Below, piece by piece: positions 1-9,735 of a stretch of 64,000 bases of DNA (its first letter is position 1; every line of letters starts with the position of its first letter). The stretch spans positions 4,000,001-4,064,000 of the forward strand of contig OZ242374.1 of the NCBI GenBank assembly GCA_965209055.1. Direction: 5' to 3'. Position numbers and translations under genes: made by a program. The notes beneath the pieces were generated by a model. That model ran no database searches. It saw nothing but the letters and a program-made list of their open reading frames with translations, and was not told the DNA's origin. This DNA comes from Acidobacteriota bacterium. GTDB taxonomy: Bacteria; Acidobacteriota; UBA6911; RPQK01; JAJDTT01.

Positions 1-1528
1 AGCCGGTGAGTCCCGAATCCCGCCCATGAGTGTTCCCCGGCTTGCCGATCTCCCGAGGGACTCCCTGGCCGGCAAAGCGCAAACTGAAGAGCACGTTGGG
101 CCGCAAGGTGTAGTAATTCGAGAACCGGTAGCGGAACTGTTTGCCCAGCGTCAAGTGGGTGGTATTGATCTTCTGGTCGTAGGCGGCATTCCCGGGCCAG
201 ACGACGTCCTTCCGGTGCCAGTCCATCCCGAACGAGAATTTGTAGTTGTCGGTAAACTTGTGGTCCGTCTTCAGGGTCAGCTTGTCGATGTCCTGCTCGC
301 CCTTGTCCAGGGGGCCGACATGGTTGTTCACCGTGCCGGGCCGGTTGGGCATCGGGACGCTGTCCTGAAACGCGGCCGAAATGGAGCTGATCCGGTCGCG
401 GGGGATGACGTTGCCTGGGAACGGATCCCGAATGAATCCTCCATGTCCGTCCGGCCGGGTGGTGGCCGGATCGTAGATCTGGCCCTGCATGATGGGTCTT
501 CCCAGGACATCGGTCCCGATCTGACCACCCAGGAACTCGCTGAAGTCCCCACCCCGCATCAACGCCGTGGGAACGGTCGAGGTCTGGCCGCCGGCCGTCC
601 GCCGCTCGCGGTATCCGGTATAGCTGGCCAGAAAGAAGTGCCTGTCCTGGATGATCTTCCCGCCGACGACGGCTCCGAACTCGTTCTGCCGGTGCGGGTT
701 GACGTCTGCCGCGAACCACTGGCGGGCGTCCAGGACGTCATTCCGGAAGTACTCGAAAAGGCTGCCGTGGAACTCGTTGGTTCCCGATTTCATGACCATT
801 TCCACGCTCGAGCCCATGTTCCAGCCGTGCTCGGCGTTGACGTTGGCCACCGTTCGAAACTCGCTGATGACCTCGGGAATCAGCCCCGAATCCTCCCTCA
901 TGCCGAAGTTGTTGGCGGGACTGGAGTAGATCCCGTCGATGTTGGTGCTCATGACCCCCACGACCCCGTGGATGTAGCCCCGGTCGGTGGTGTCGGTCTC
1001 CTTGCCATAGGGATCGTAAGAGAAACCGGGCAACGTCCGAGTGAAGGACAGACTGTGCCGGGCCCCCTGGTTGACCGCCATGGGGAGTTCCTCGATCTCC
1101 TCGACCACCCGGGTGAGGCCTGCGCTGGAGGATTGGTTGTCGACGGCCAGGGCCTGACTTTCCACCGTCACGGTGTCGACCACTTCTCCAATGGGCATGG
1201 TGATGTCGAGCGTTATGGCCAAGCCGGAAACCACGCGGACGCCCACTTGTTCGATGGTCTTGAATCCAGGGAGACTCGCGCTGATCGTATAGGACCCGAT
1301 GGGCAGGCCTGGAAAAGAGTAGTCTCCCGCTTCGCTGCTGATGGTCGCGGTCTCGAGGCCGGTCGCTTCATCGCGGGCCGTCACGTCGACGCCCGGAATG
1401 CGCGCCCCGGTCTCGTCGGCGATGGCCCCCGCAATCCTGCCGAAGTTGTCCTGGGCCATGACCGGGAGGGATACCAGCAGAAGAATCAGCGGCAGGATGA
1501 TCCTGACTGAAGAGAGATAAGGCTGCAT
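1..1528 (-). CDS. TonB-dependent receptor, N-terminal part (carboxypeptidase-regulatory-like domain); runs off the left edge of the window
   Basis: Not in the ORF track. Read manually: RBS AAGGAGG then ATG at 1528 gives MQPYLSSVRIILPLILLLVSLPVMAQDNFGRIAGAIADETGARIPGVDVTARD...GDYSFPGLPIGSYTISASLPGFK, a signal peptide plus the typical Acidobacteria TBDR N-terminus. The + ORF 26..1510 is its antisense shadow. Confidence 0.85.
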   Translation of the reverse strand, partial: MQPYLSSVRIILPLILLLVSLPVMAQDNFGRIAGAIADETGARIPGVDVTARDEATGLETATISSEAGDYSFPGLPIGSYTISASLPGFKTIEQVGVRVVSGLAITLDITMPIGEVVDTVTVESQALAVDNQSSSAGLTRVVEEIEELPMAVNQGARHSLSFTRTLPGFSYDPYGKETDTTDRGYIHGVVGVMSTNIDGIYSSPANNFGMREDSGLIPEVISEFRTVANVNAEHGWNMGSSVEMVMKSGTNEFHGSLFEYFRNDVLDARQWFAADVNPHRQNEFGAVVGGKIIQDRHFFLASYTGYRERRTAGGQTSTVPTALMRGGDFSEFLGGQIGTDVLGRPIMQGQIYDPATTRPDGHGGFIRDPFPGNVIPRDRISSISAAFQDSVPMPNRPGTVNNHVGPLDKGEQDIDKLTLKTDHKFTDNYKFSFGMDWHRKDVVWPGNAAYDQKINTTHLTLGKQFRYRFSNYYTLRPNVLFSLRFAGQGVPREIGKPGNTHGRDSGLTG

Positions 1529-1813
1529 TGTCGCGTCCTCCTTAGGGACGGAAGTGGAGTAGGTGGAAAGTGGATTCCACAAGATGTTGCGGACGCTACC
1601 TGATTCCGTCAAAAAAAGTCAAGCACAAATCGTGTCCGCACTTTCTCAAACTTATTGGACGTTTACATGAGCAGTTGATGCACATCGGCGGGATGGTCTC
1701 AACTCTGCTGTACAACATCCATGCCACGGCCTTGCGAGAATCTGCCGGACTGCGGTCGCAATCACGTAGAATCGGGAATCAGGCGTCTCTTTAACCTGAC
1801 TGGGGGTAAGGCG

Positions 1814-3844
1814 GTGAAGCTTTACGGGCCGGATCGGCCTCTCGGGGAGAGATTCAAGGCAGGCGCGGTCTTTCCGCTCTTGATGGGGGCGTTGTTCAGC
1901 TCGATCTGGATGGGGTGCACACAACCCGACTCTCTTCAGACAGCCCCGCCGCCTCCCGAGTCAAGCGTAGAAGACTCGCTGAAAACTTATGCGCCCCGGC
2001 CGGCCGGCAGCTTGACCTTCCACCGGGACATCGCTCCCCTGGTGTTCGAGAACTGCGCGCCCTGTCACCGGCCCGGGGGATCGGGTCCGTTCAACCTGCT
2101 CGGCTACGACGACATCAGCCGCCGGCGAAATCAGATCGTCACCGTCACGCAGAGCCGTTACATGCCGCCCTGGCAACCCGAGCCGGGATACGGGGAGTTC
2201 ATCGGCGAGCGCCGCCTGAATGCGGATCAGGTCGGGATGTTGTCCCAGTGGGTGGCCGAGGGGGCGATCGAAGGAAATCCGGAAGATGCCCCGGAGGTGC
2301 CGGAATGGCCGTCCGGCTGGCATCTGGGTGAGCCGGACCTGGTTCTCACCATGCCTCGGCCCTATACCTTGGCGGCTGATGGTCCGGACGTCTTCCGGAT
2401 GTTCGTGATACCGGTTCCCTTGAAGTCAAGCCGTTTCGTCCGTGCCTTGGAAATACGCCCCGGCAACTCCAAGGTGGTGCATCATGCGGTGGGACTGGTC
2501 GACACGACCCGGCGCTGCCGGAACCTGGACGCGGAGGATCCCGTTCCCGGCTTCGAAGGCATGAGGTCCACCGAGTTCGCTCGCGCCCCCGACGGCAACT
2601 TTTTGGGGTGGACGCCCGGCAAGATTCCGACGGAGAGCGCCGGAGGGAGGACCTGGCGGCTGAAGAAGGGGACAGACCTGGTCATGGAACTGCACATGAT
2701 GCCCTCCGGCAAACCGGAACCGATTCAGCCCAGCGTGGGGCTCTATTTCAGTGACGAGGCCCCGGCCAAGTCCTCCTTCATCATCGGGCTGGGATCCCGG
2801 ACCATCGACATTGCCCCGGGGGAGAAGGAGTATTGGATCGAGGACAGTTATGTCCTGCCGGTGGCCGTGGAGCTTCTGGGCGTTTACCCGCATGCCCACT
2901 ATCTGGGGAAACGGATGCGCGCCTTTGCACAGCTTCCCGACGGCAGCAGGCGGTGGCTCGTCTACATCAAGGAGTGGGACTTCAATTGGCAGGACGAATA
3001 CGTCTACCGTGAGCCGATTTCTCTGCCGCAGGGAACCCGTCTGACCATGCAGTACAGTTACGACAACTCTGCGGAAAACATTCGCAATCCCCACAACCCG
3101 CCGCGGCGGGTGGTCTACGGCCCCAATTCCAGCGATGAGATGGGGGACCTGTGGCTCCAGGTATCGGCGGAAAACAGAAATGACCTGCTGACCCTGCAGA
3201 TCGACTACCGCGCCAAGGAGCGTGACCGGTTCATTGCCGGCTACCGGCACGCCTTGCAGATCAAGCCGGGGGATGCCCGGACGCACGACCACCTGGGACA
3301 GGTGCTTCAGGCGCGGGGAAGGGTTGAGGATGCCATCGGCCACTATCGTCAAGCGCTGAAACTCCGTCCGGGTTATGCGGAGACCCACAGCAATCTGGCG
3401 ACCGCCCTGGCGCAGCAGGGTCATACCGAGGAGGCGATCGGCCACTACGGGCAAGCCCTCAAAATCAAGCCGGACCTGCTCGAAGCCCACTACAACCTGG
3501 GCGGAGCCCTGCTGGCCATGGGCCGCACCGGCCAAGCCATCGCCTCCCTGCGGCGAGCCATCCGGATCGAGCCGGAGTTTGCCAGGGCGCACAACAACTT
3601 GGGCATCGCCTTCGCTCAGCAGGAGGATTTGGCCCAGGCGCTGTTCCACTTTGAGCGGGCGGTGAGGATCGATTCGGACTTTGCGGAGGCCCGCAACAAT
3701 CTTGGCAATGCGCTTCTCGCGACCGGGGATTTCAGCCGTGCCGTGTTCGAATACCGGCGCGCCCTTCAGATCGACCCCAGCTATGCGGATGCCGAGCGCA
3801 ACCTGAAGCTGGCGCAGGAACTGCTGCTGACTTCCCCCAATTGA
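1814..3844 (+). CDS. Cytochrome c / copper type II monooxygenase-like / TPR fusion protein, probably exported
   Basis: CAPCH heme motif, then VVHHAV, ELH, PHAHYLG and DEMG (PHM/DBM-type Cu ligand pattern), followed by several TPRs (AHYNLG, AHNNLG, ARNNLG). Start uncertain (1721, 1814 or about 1883). Confidence 0.75.
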   Translation: MKLYGPDRPLGERFKAGAVFPLLMGALFSSIWMGCTQPDSLQTAPPPPESSVEDSLKTYAPRPAGSLTFHRDIAPLVFENCAPCHRPGGSGPFNLLGYDDISRRRNQIVTVTQSRYMPPWQPEPGYGEFIGERRLNADQVGMLSQWVAEGAIEGNPEDAPEVPEWPSGWHLGEPDLVLTMPRPYTLAADGPDVFRMFVIPVPLKSSRFVRALEIRPGNSKVVHHAVGLVDTTRRCRNLDAEDPVPGFEGMRSTEFARAPDGNFLGWTPGKIPTESAGGRTWRLKKGTDLVMELHMMPSGKPEPIQPSVGLYFSDEAPAKSSFIIGLGSRTIDIAPGEKEYWIEDSYVLPVAVELLGVYPHAHYLGKRMRAFAQLPDGSRRWLVYIKEWDFNWQDEYVYREPISLPQGTRLTMQYSYDNSAENIRNPHNPPRRVVYGPNSSDEMGDLWLQVSAENRNDLLTLQIDYRAKERDRFIAGYRHALQIKPGDARTHDHLGQVLQARGRVEDAIGHYRQALKLRPGYAETHSNLATALAQQGHTEEAIGHYGQALKIKPDLLEAHYNLGGALLAMGRTGQAIASLRRAIRIEPEFARAHNNLGIAFAQQEDLAQALFHFERAVRIDSDFAEARNNLGNALLATGDFSRAVFEYRRALQIDPSYADAERNLKLAQELLLTSPN

Positions 3845-3903
3845 GGGGGTTCGGGTATCCGGTTCTCCACTACGGAATGTGTTCGTAGTGGGATGAGAAA
3901 AGC

Positions 3904-5718
3904 ATGGGCGCTCTCCGAGGGGGTTTCCGGGTCATCCTGATCATCGACGCCCTGCTATCCGTATGTCTTGCCCAGAATCCTCAGCAGGCCGCCGCTCCGG
4001 GGCAGCAAGAAGGAGATTCGACGGCCACCGAAATATTTGTGGATGCCACGCGGGAAGCGGGGATCGATTTCGTCCACTTCAATGGGATGTCGGGAGAACG
4101 CTACCTGTGCGAAATGATGGGACCCGGCGGAGCCTTGTTCGACTATGACAACGACGGCGACCTCGACCTCTACCTGGTCCAGGGCCGCATGCTCGGACCG
4201 GGAAAGACGCTGTCCGATGCCATCTTCCCTCCACCCGATTCCGGACCGTTGATCGACAGGCTCTTCCGAAACGACCTGCGGAAGAACCGGAGCGGCGAAC
4301 GACGATTGCACTTCACCGATGTGACGGAGCAAAGCGGGATCCAGTCCCCGGGCTACGGGATGGGCGTGGCGGCGGGAGACTTCAACAATGACGGATGGAC
4401 CGACCTGTACGTGACCAATTTCGGGCCCAACCAGATGTTTCGGAACAACGGGGACGGGACCTTTACCGATGTGACCGCGGCCACCGGCACGAATGACCCG
4501 CGCTGGAGTGTCAGCGCGGCGTTCGTGGACTACGACCGGGATGGCTGGCTCGACCTTTACGTGGGCAACTACGTCGACTTCAGCTTCTCGAACCACAAGC
4601 GCTGCTTTTCTTTCTCCGACGCGGGCGGCGGCAGCGCACTTGAGTATTGCGACCCCAGCCAATACCAACCGTTGCCGGAGAGCCTGTTCCGCAATCGGGG
4701 GGATGGGACCTTTGAAGATGCCTCCCACAAGGCAACAATTGCGCGGGAATCGAATGGCGCCTTGGGCGTGAGTACGGCCGACTTCAATGGGGACGGCTGG
4801 ATCGACATCTACGTCGCCAATGACAAGCGGCCCAATCACCTCTGGATCAATCAAAAAGACGGCAGTTTCCGGAACGAGGCTTTGCTGAACGGATGCGCCG
4901 TCAGCGGGGAGGGTTTTTCCGAGTCCAGCATGGGTGTTGACGCCGGCGACTTTGACAGTGACGGAGACGAAGATCTCTTCATGACGCACATGTCGCTCAA
5001 CGAGAAGAACACCCTCTATGTCAACCAAGGGAAGGCGTCGTTCAAGGATGCCTCCTACCCGAGCGGGCTGGCCCTTCCCAGCATTCCATTCACCGGATTC
5101 GGAACGGCATTCCTGGACTACGACAATGATGGCCGGCTGGACCTTCTGGCCGTCAATGGACACGTCAAGAATGTCGAGGCGCTGGCGCGGGCCAAGGACC
5201 CCTACCCCTTGCATCAGACCAATCAACTCTTCAGGAATCTGGGGCAGGGAAGATTTCAGGAAGTGACCCGAACTGCCGGGGCCGTGTTCAGGCTGTCGGA
5301 AGTGAGCCGCGGAGCGGCGTTCGGGGATGTGGACAACGACGGAGACACGGACGTTCTGGTCCTCAACAACAGCGGGCGGGCGCGGCTGCTGGCCAATCAA
5401 TCCGGAAGCGTCAACCACTGGATAGGACTGAGGCTTGCCGGCCGGCCGCAGGGCCGGGACATGTTGGGCGCGAGAGTCGCGGTCCTGCTACCCGAGGGCC
5501 GAACCCTGTGGCGCCGGGTCCGCTCGGACGGGAGCTACGCCTCCGCCAATGACCCCAGGGTGCTGGTCGGGCTGGGCCGGGCGGATCGAGTCGAGGCGGT
5601 GCGCGTCTACTGGCCCGACGGACGGGCGGAAGAATGGAAAGAACTGCCGATCAAGACGTATTCAATGTTGGTGCAAGGCGCAGGGACCCGGTTCTCCGTG
5701 CCGCCCCAGCGTCGATAG
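3904..5718 (+). CDS. CRTAC1-family protein (FG-GAP/VCBS repeats plus ASPIC/UnbV domain)
   Basis: Repeated DYDNDGxLDL / DFNxDG motifs, C-terminal GSYASAN...VxWPDG, signal-like N-terminus. Confidence 0.9.
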   Translation: MGALRGGFRVILIIDALLSVCLAQNPQQAAAPGQQEGDSTATEIFVDATREAGIDFVHFNGMSGERYLCEMMGPGGALFDYDNDGDLDLYLVQGRMLGPGKTLSDAIFPPPDSGPLIDRLFRNDLRKNRSGERRLHFTDVTEQSGIQSPGYGMGVAAGDFNNDGWTDLYVTNFGPNQMFRNNGDGTFTDVTAATGTNDPRWSVSAAFVDYDRDGWLDLYVGNYVDFSFSNHKRCFSFSDAGGGSALEYCDPSQYQPLPESLFRNRGDGTFEDASHKATIARESNGALGVSTADFNGDGWIDIYVANDKRPNHLWINQKDGSFRNEALLNGCAVSGEGFSESSMGVDAGDFDSDGDEDLFMTHMSLNEKNTLYVNQGKASFKDASYPSGLALPSIPFTGFGTAFLDYDNDGRLDLLAVNGHVKNVEALARAKDPYPLHQTNQLFRNLGQGRFQEVTRTAGAVFRLSEVSRGAAFGDVDNDGDTDVLVLNNSGRARLLANQSGSVNHWIGLRLAGRPQGRDMLGARVAVLLPEGRTLWRRVRSDGSYASANDPRVLVGLGRADRVEAVRVYWPDGRAEEWKELPIKTYSMLVQGAGTRFSVPPQRR

Positions 5719-5788
5719 AGACCGGCTCAAGCGGACCGGCCCGATTCTCGGAACGTCTGCCGCAACCGGATCGTCGGTCCGACCGGGT

Positions 5789-6946
5789 TCACTGTGGCGT
5801 TCCCTGCAGGAAGCTTCCGGCATCGCGCTGCTTCTTATCGCGTTCCTGCGTGTCCAGTCTCTGAAACAGCTCCAGCTCTTTTCGAGCCTCTTCCGTCCGT
5901 CCCAGCGTCTTGTAGATCTGAGCCAACTGATAGTGGGGCTGGGGCTGGTTCGGATCCAGGGCGATGGCTCTCTGCAACGCCGCCACGCCGTCCTGTAGCC
6001 GTCCCTTGGCCACGTAGGCCGAGGACAAGGCGACGTAAGCATCGGGAATCTGATTATCGACGCGGGTCACCGCCTCCAGATGCTGGATCGCTTCGTCGAA
6101 CTTCTGGCGGTAGTTCTTGATGATTCCCAGCTCCAGATTGACGATGGGATGGTGGGGATCGATCTTCAACTCCTTTTCCAGCACCGGCTCCGCCTTGTCG
6201 TACTGTCCCAAACCGAAGTAGAGATCACCCAGCGCGAAGTTGACCCCGGGCGCGTTGGGATTCAGGGCGACGGCTTTCTCGTATTCTTCGATGGCCTGGT
6301 TCAGACGCCCTTGGGTGGCGTAAGCCTCCGCCAGCAATTGGTGGGTGCGGAAGGACTCCGGATCGATCTCCTCGATCCGCGAGAAGACCTGCTGGAACTT
6401 GTCGTAGGCGCTTCTGGTCCGGTTCAAGTAAGCCTGGGCCAAAGTCTGAAGTGCCTCCAGCTCCTGGGGATGTTTCTTGGTGACCTCCTCCAGGTGCTCG
6501 ATACTCTCGTCAAGCCGTTGCAGAGCCAGGAAAGAGACCCCCAGGTAGACCTGCGCCTTGATGTTTTCGGGATTCCGGGAAATCGCCTGTTGGAATGCCC
6601 CGATCGCCTTCTGATAGTCATACAGGCTGTAGTGGGCGAGTCCCAGAAAGAAGTGGGCGTCGGGCAGCTTGGGTTCGAGTCTCAGCGCCTTCTCGATCGA
6701 GGCGACCGCTTCCGTGAATCTTCCCTGAAACTGATGGATCAGCCCCAACTTGGCATGGAGAGGCGCGAACTCGGGTTGGATCGCCAACGCTGCCCGGTAG
6801 GCCTGTTCGGCTGCGCTCCAGTCGCCGTTCTGCTCGGCGCGAGCGGCATTCTGGAGCTGTTCCTGAACCGCTGGAGGCAGTTGGACGGGTGTCCCGGCCG
6901 CCTGCATCCCCACCAATGTCAGAAGCAACAAACTATGAATTGCCAT
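5789..6946 (-). CDS. Tetratricopeptide repeat protein, secreted
   Basis: Signal peptide MAIHSLLLLTLVG and many TPR consensus repeats; start moved to ATG 6946. Confidence 0.85.
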   Translation of the reverse strand: MAIHSLLLLTLVGMQAAGTPVQLPPAVQEQLQNAARAEQNGDWSAAEQAYRAALAIQPEFAPLHAKLGLIHQFQGRFTEAVASIEKALRLEPKLPDAHFFLGLAHYSLYDYQKAIGAFQQAISRNPENIKAQVYLGVSFLALQRLDESIEHLEEVTKKHPQELEALQTLAQAYLNRTRSAYDKFQQVFSRIEEIDPESFRTHQLLAEAYATQGRLNQAIEEYEKAVALNPNAPGVNFALGDLYFGLGQYDKAEPVLEKELKIDPHHPIVNLELGIIKNYRQKFDEAIQHLEAVTRVDNQIPDAYVALSSAYVAKGRLQDGVAALQRAIALDPNQPQPHYQLAQIYKTLGRTEEARKELELFQRLDTQERDKKQRDAGSFLQGTPQ

Positions 6947-6963
6947 CACACAGCTACTACAGC

Positions 6964-9435
6964 CTACGGCTCCGTTACATTCAATTCGGAACCGGCTGGT
7001 ATGGGTCCAGGAAGCACTTGTTGCTGACCTGACGGCCATAGCACCTCGACCTGATCGACACGACCGGCATCGCCGAGCCCGAAGTAGAGCGGCCAGCGAC
7101 TCTGTGAGAGGTATCCGGACTGGCCGTCCCGCACCCTGGTGTAGGTGGCCGAACCCGCGCGGACCGTGACCCGGGCGCCGAGCCCGTCGCGGTTCGAGCG
7201 GGTCCCGGTGAGATTGACTTTGAGGAAATGAATCCGCTTCCGATCAGCCAGGTCGCTGACCAGGACCATGGGTTCGGAATTGAAATCGTTGGTCACGATG
7301 TCAAGGTCCCCGTCGTCATCCAGGTCGAAAATCACCGAGGAACGTGAGCCTATGGCACCCCAGGCCACGACACGGGTGACTTTGGCGCCCCGGGCCCGGA
7401 CCTTTTTGACCAGTTCGTGGTCCTTGTCGGCGCCGAGCACGTCCAGTTCGAACCAGGGGATGAGGGTCCGGCCGCCGCGCCTGGGTTCCACTCCCAAAAT
7501 GAATTCGCTGTCCACGAATCTCCGTCCGCGGTCATTCAGCAGCAGACTGTTGATTCCGTAACGATAGCCGTAGTTCATGCAGGACGTGATGAAGGCGTCA
7601 TCGAATCCGTCGGCGTTCAGGTCCCCCACGCTCAGTCCCCAGGGCCAGTAGTTCTCGGCATTGAATCGATCCGACATTTCCTTGTAGGCGCCATCTCCCT
7701 GTTTGCGGAAGAAGGCGTTTCCCCAGACGTGATTCCCGTCGGTGGCCAACATCTGCTTCTCGGCGATCTCCTCGGGGAAGGGGATCTTTTCCTTCTCGCT
7801 GAACGGATCGAGATGCTTCCACATGTCCGTGTGCATGTCGGTCAGATAGAGGTCCAGGTGACCGTCGTTCTCGAAGTCGAAGACCTTGATCCCCATGGTT
7901 CCCCACGGCGTGGCGGGAAACAGCCGGCGGCTCTTCTTCACGAATCGCCGGCCTTCCACATTCTCGTAGTACTGATCGTGGCCCTGCATGTTGGCCAGAT
8001 AGAGGTCAGGCCACCCATCGTTGTTGGCATCCAGCGGACTGGCGTCGCCCGACCAACTCGTATCCTGCAGACCCGCCTGGACGGTGACGTCGACGAACCG
8101 GTTTCCTCCCTGGTTCCGGTAGAGGATGCTGGGCTCCGAGAGCGCGTCATTCAGGTGGCGGTTGAAGGCATCCGGCGTGGAACGAAAGTAGGTATAGGTG
8201 GCGCGATCGGTTCCCGTAAAGGAGTCATGGACGACCGTCCTGATTTCGTCCGTCGTATAAATGCCGACATTCACCAGGAAGAGGTCCAGGCGGCCGTCGC
8301 GGTCGTAGTCGAAGAAGACCGCCGCCGAGGAATGGCCTTTGTACCCGAGGCCGGACTCGACGCTGATGTCCTTGAAGACTCCCTTCCCGTTGTTCTCGAA
8401 CAACACGTTGCCCCCGCGAACGGTGGTGACGTACAGGTCCGCATCGCCGTCATTGTCGATATCGGCAAAAGACGCGGTCACGCCGATTCGCTCTTTGACA
8501 CCGACCCCCGCCCGCTCCGTGATGTTCTCGAACCTGCCGCCGCCCAGGTTCTTCCAGAGTTCATTGCTGCCGGCCTGGCTCACGAAGTAGATGTCATGCC
8601 GGCCGTCGCCATCGACATCGGCAATGGCGAGTCCGTTGCCATGGTCGTAATGGGCGAAAACAAAGGACCTTCCAGCATCGTCGACGATCCGGTTGCGAAA
8701 AGTGATGCCCGACTCCCCGACCCGGTCCTCAAACGAAAAATCGTGGAGGACCTGCATGCCGCCGGCGCTTTCAAGCTGGGCCTGCCGGCGTTCTTCCAAC
8801 CACGGGAATTCCTGCCACAGGAGACGTTCCTGCAGCGTTGTCAGGACATCCCTCTTCAGGGCCTCTCTCCGGCCGGCTGCGTTGCCGTCGTAGAACCCTC
8901 GGACATGCCCTTGCGGATCGACCAGCATCCATTTCCCGCCGGACTCAAGCGCCGGCCCGGCGAACCCCGCGTCTACTTGCCCGAGTGTGTCCCGGGGACC
9001 GGTCAGGAAGCTCCACTGCGCGCCGTCGACCCCGGCCGCATTTGCGTAACTCCGAAGGACTTCCGGCGAGTCGTGCTCCGGATCGGCCGTAAAGGTGACC
9101 AGACGAATGTCGCCCCAGCCCGGCCGTCTCTTGAGTTCCCCTTGGAGCTTCGCCAGCGCGGCGGTTTGCGACGCCGCCTGCGGATCGCGGGTGCGAATGA
9201 AATCCGCGATCCATGCTTTGCCCAGCAGTTGGTGGGTCCCAAAGGTCCGGGAGAGGTGATCGGTCAAGGAGAACTCGGGCAAACGGCGCAGTACGGGAGG
9301 TTGATGGTCTTGCGGGCGGGTTCTCTCGTCGGCCTCCCGGCGCAGGTTCGGCGCGGCGGCCGGAGCCGCCGCCAGACCGAGCCAAACCACTGCCAATATG
9401 CCGCCCGCCCTCCTTGCCGAATTTGGTGGGGCCAT
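6964..9435 (-). CDS. SCO-like (thioredoxin fold) domain fused to CRTAC1/ASPIC-UnbV protein
   Basis: LPEFSLTDH...DPEHDSPEVLRSYA...WSFLTG...LVDPQGHVRGFY (SCO-like), then FG-GAP repeats and SGYLSQ...VLWPSG; probable start MAPPNS at 9435. Confidence 0.8.
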   Translation of the reverse strand: MAPPNSARRAGGILAVVWLGLAAAPAAAPNLRREADERTRPQDHQPPVLRRLPEFSLTDHLSRTFGTHQLLGKAWIADFIRTRDPQAASQTAALAKLQGELKRRPGWGDIRLVTFTADPEHDSPEVLRSYANAAGVDGAQWSFLTGPRDTLGQVDAGFAGPALESGGKWMLVDPQGHVRGFYDGNAAGRREALKRDVLTTLQERLLWQEFPWLEERRQAQLESAGGMQVLHDFSFEDRVGESGITFRNRIVDDAGRSFVFAHYDHGNGLAIADVDGDGRHDIYFVSQAGSNELWKNLGGGRFENITERAGVGVKERIGVTASFADIDNDGDADLYVTTVRGGNVLFENNGKGVFKDISVESGLGYKGHSSAAVFFDYDRDGRLDLFLVNVGIYTTDEIRTVVHDSFTGTDRATYTYFRSTPDAFNRHLNDALSEPSILYRNQGGNRFVDVTVQAGLQDTSWSGDASPLDANNDGWPDLYLANMQGHDQYYENVEGRRFVKKSRRLFPATPWGTMGIKVFDFENDGHLDLYLTDMHTDMWKHLDPFSEKEKIPFPEEIAEKQMLATDGNHVWGNAFFRKQGDGAYKEMSDRFNAENYWPWGLSVGDLNADGFDDAFITSCMNYGYRYGINSLLLNDRGRRFVDSEFILGVEPRRGGRTLIPWFELDVLGADKDHELVKKVRARGAKVTRVVAWGAIGSRSSVIFDLDDDGDLDIVTNDFNSEPMVLVSDLADRKRIHFLKVNLTGTRSNRDGLGARVTVRAGSATYTRVRDGQSGYLSQSRWPLYFGLGDAGRVDQVEVLWPSGQQQVLPGPIPAGSELNVTEP

Positions 9436-9600
9436 CGTTTCAGCTACGGGGGTTCGGAGTACCACCCCGTGAAGGGGATAGGATCTTCTTTTTTCGGGAG
9501 CCTGGCAAGGCCAACTCCTGCGCGGCGGAGCTTGGTCAATAGCACCTGGACAGCCGTCACCCATAAGCCTCTCTGTTCCCTCCGGTGGTATTCTTCTAAG

Positions 9601-9690
9601 AAAAAGGGGGGGCGATTTCCAATCGCCCAGTCTTCGTTGCCAGGTTTGTCGCACCGGAGATCGGCGGTTAGGAAACCGCCGCTCCTTTTT
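9601..9690. repeat. REP/REPIN-like composite palindrome, copy 1
   Basis: Hairpins GGGCGATTTCCAATCGCCC and GGCGGTTAGGAAACCGCC inside an outer AAAAAGG...CCTTTTT repeat; close copy at 54444. Confidence 0.75.
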
Positions 9691-9735
9691 CGACCGGGCG
9701 TCCGCCGGACTGGGCCGGTGGGGGAGCTTCTGAGA

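Noticed and set aside
26-1510. 494-aa + strand ORF
   Set aside because: Antisense shadow of the minus-strand TonB receptor; no motifs
7417-9735. N-terminal 773 aa of the 1348-aa ORF as a giant fusion
   Set aside because: Antisense to the SCO-CRTAC1 gene and reads through a REP element; the real gene starts at 9736
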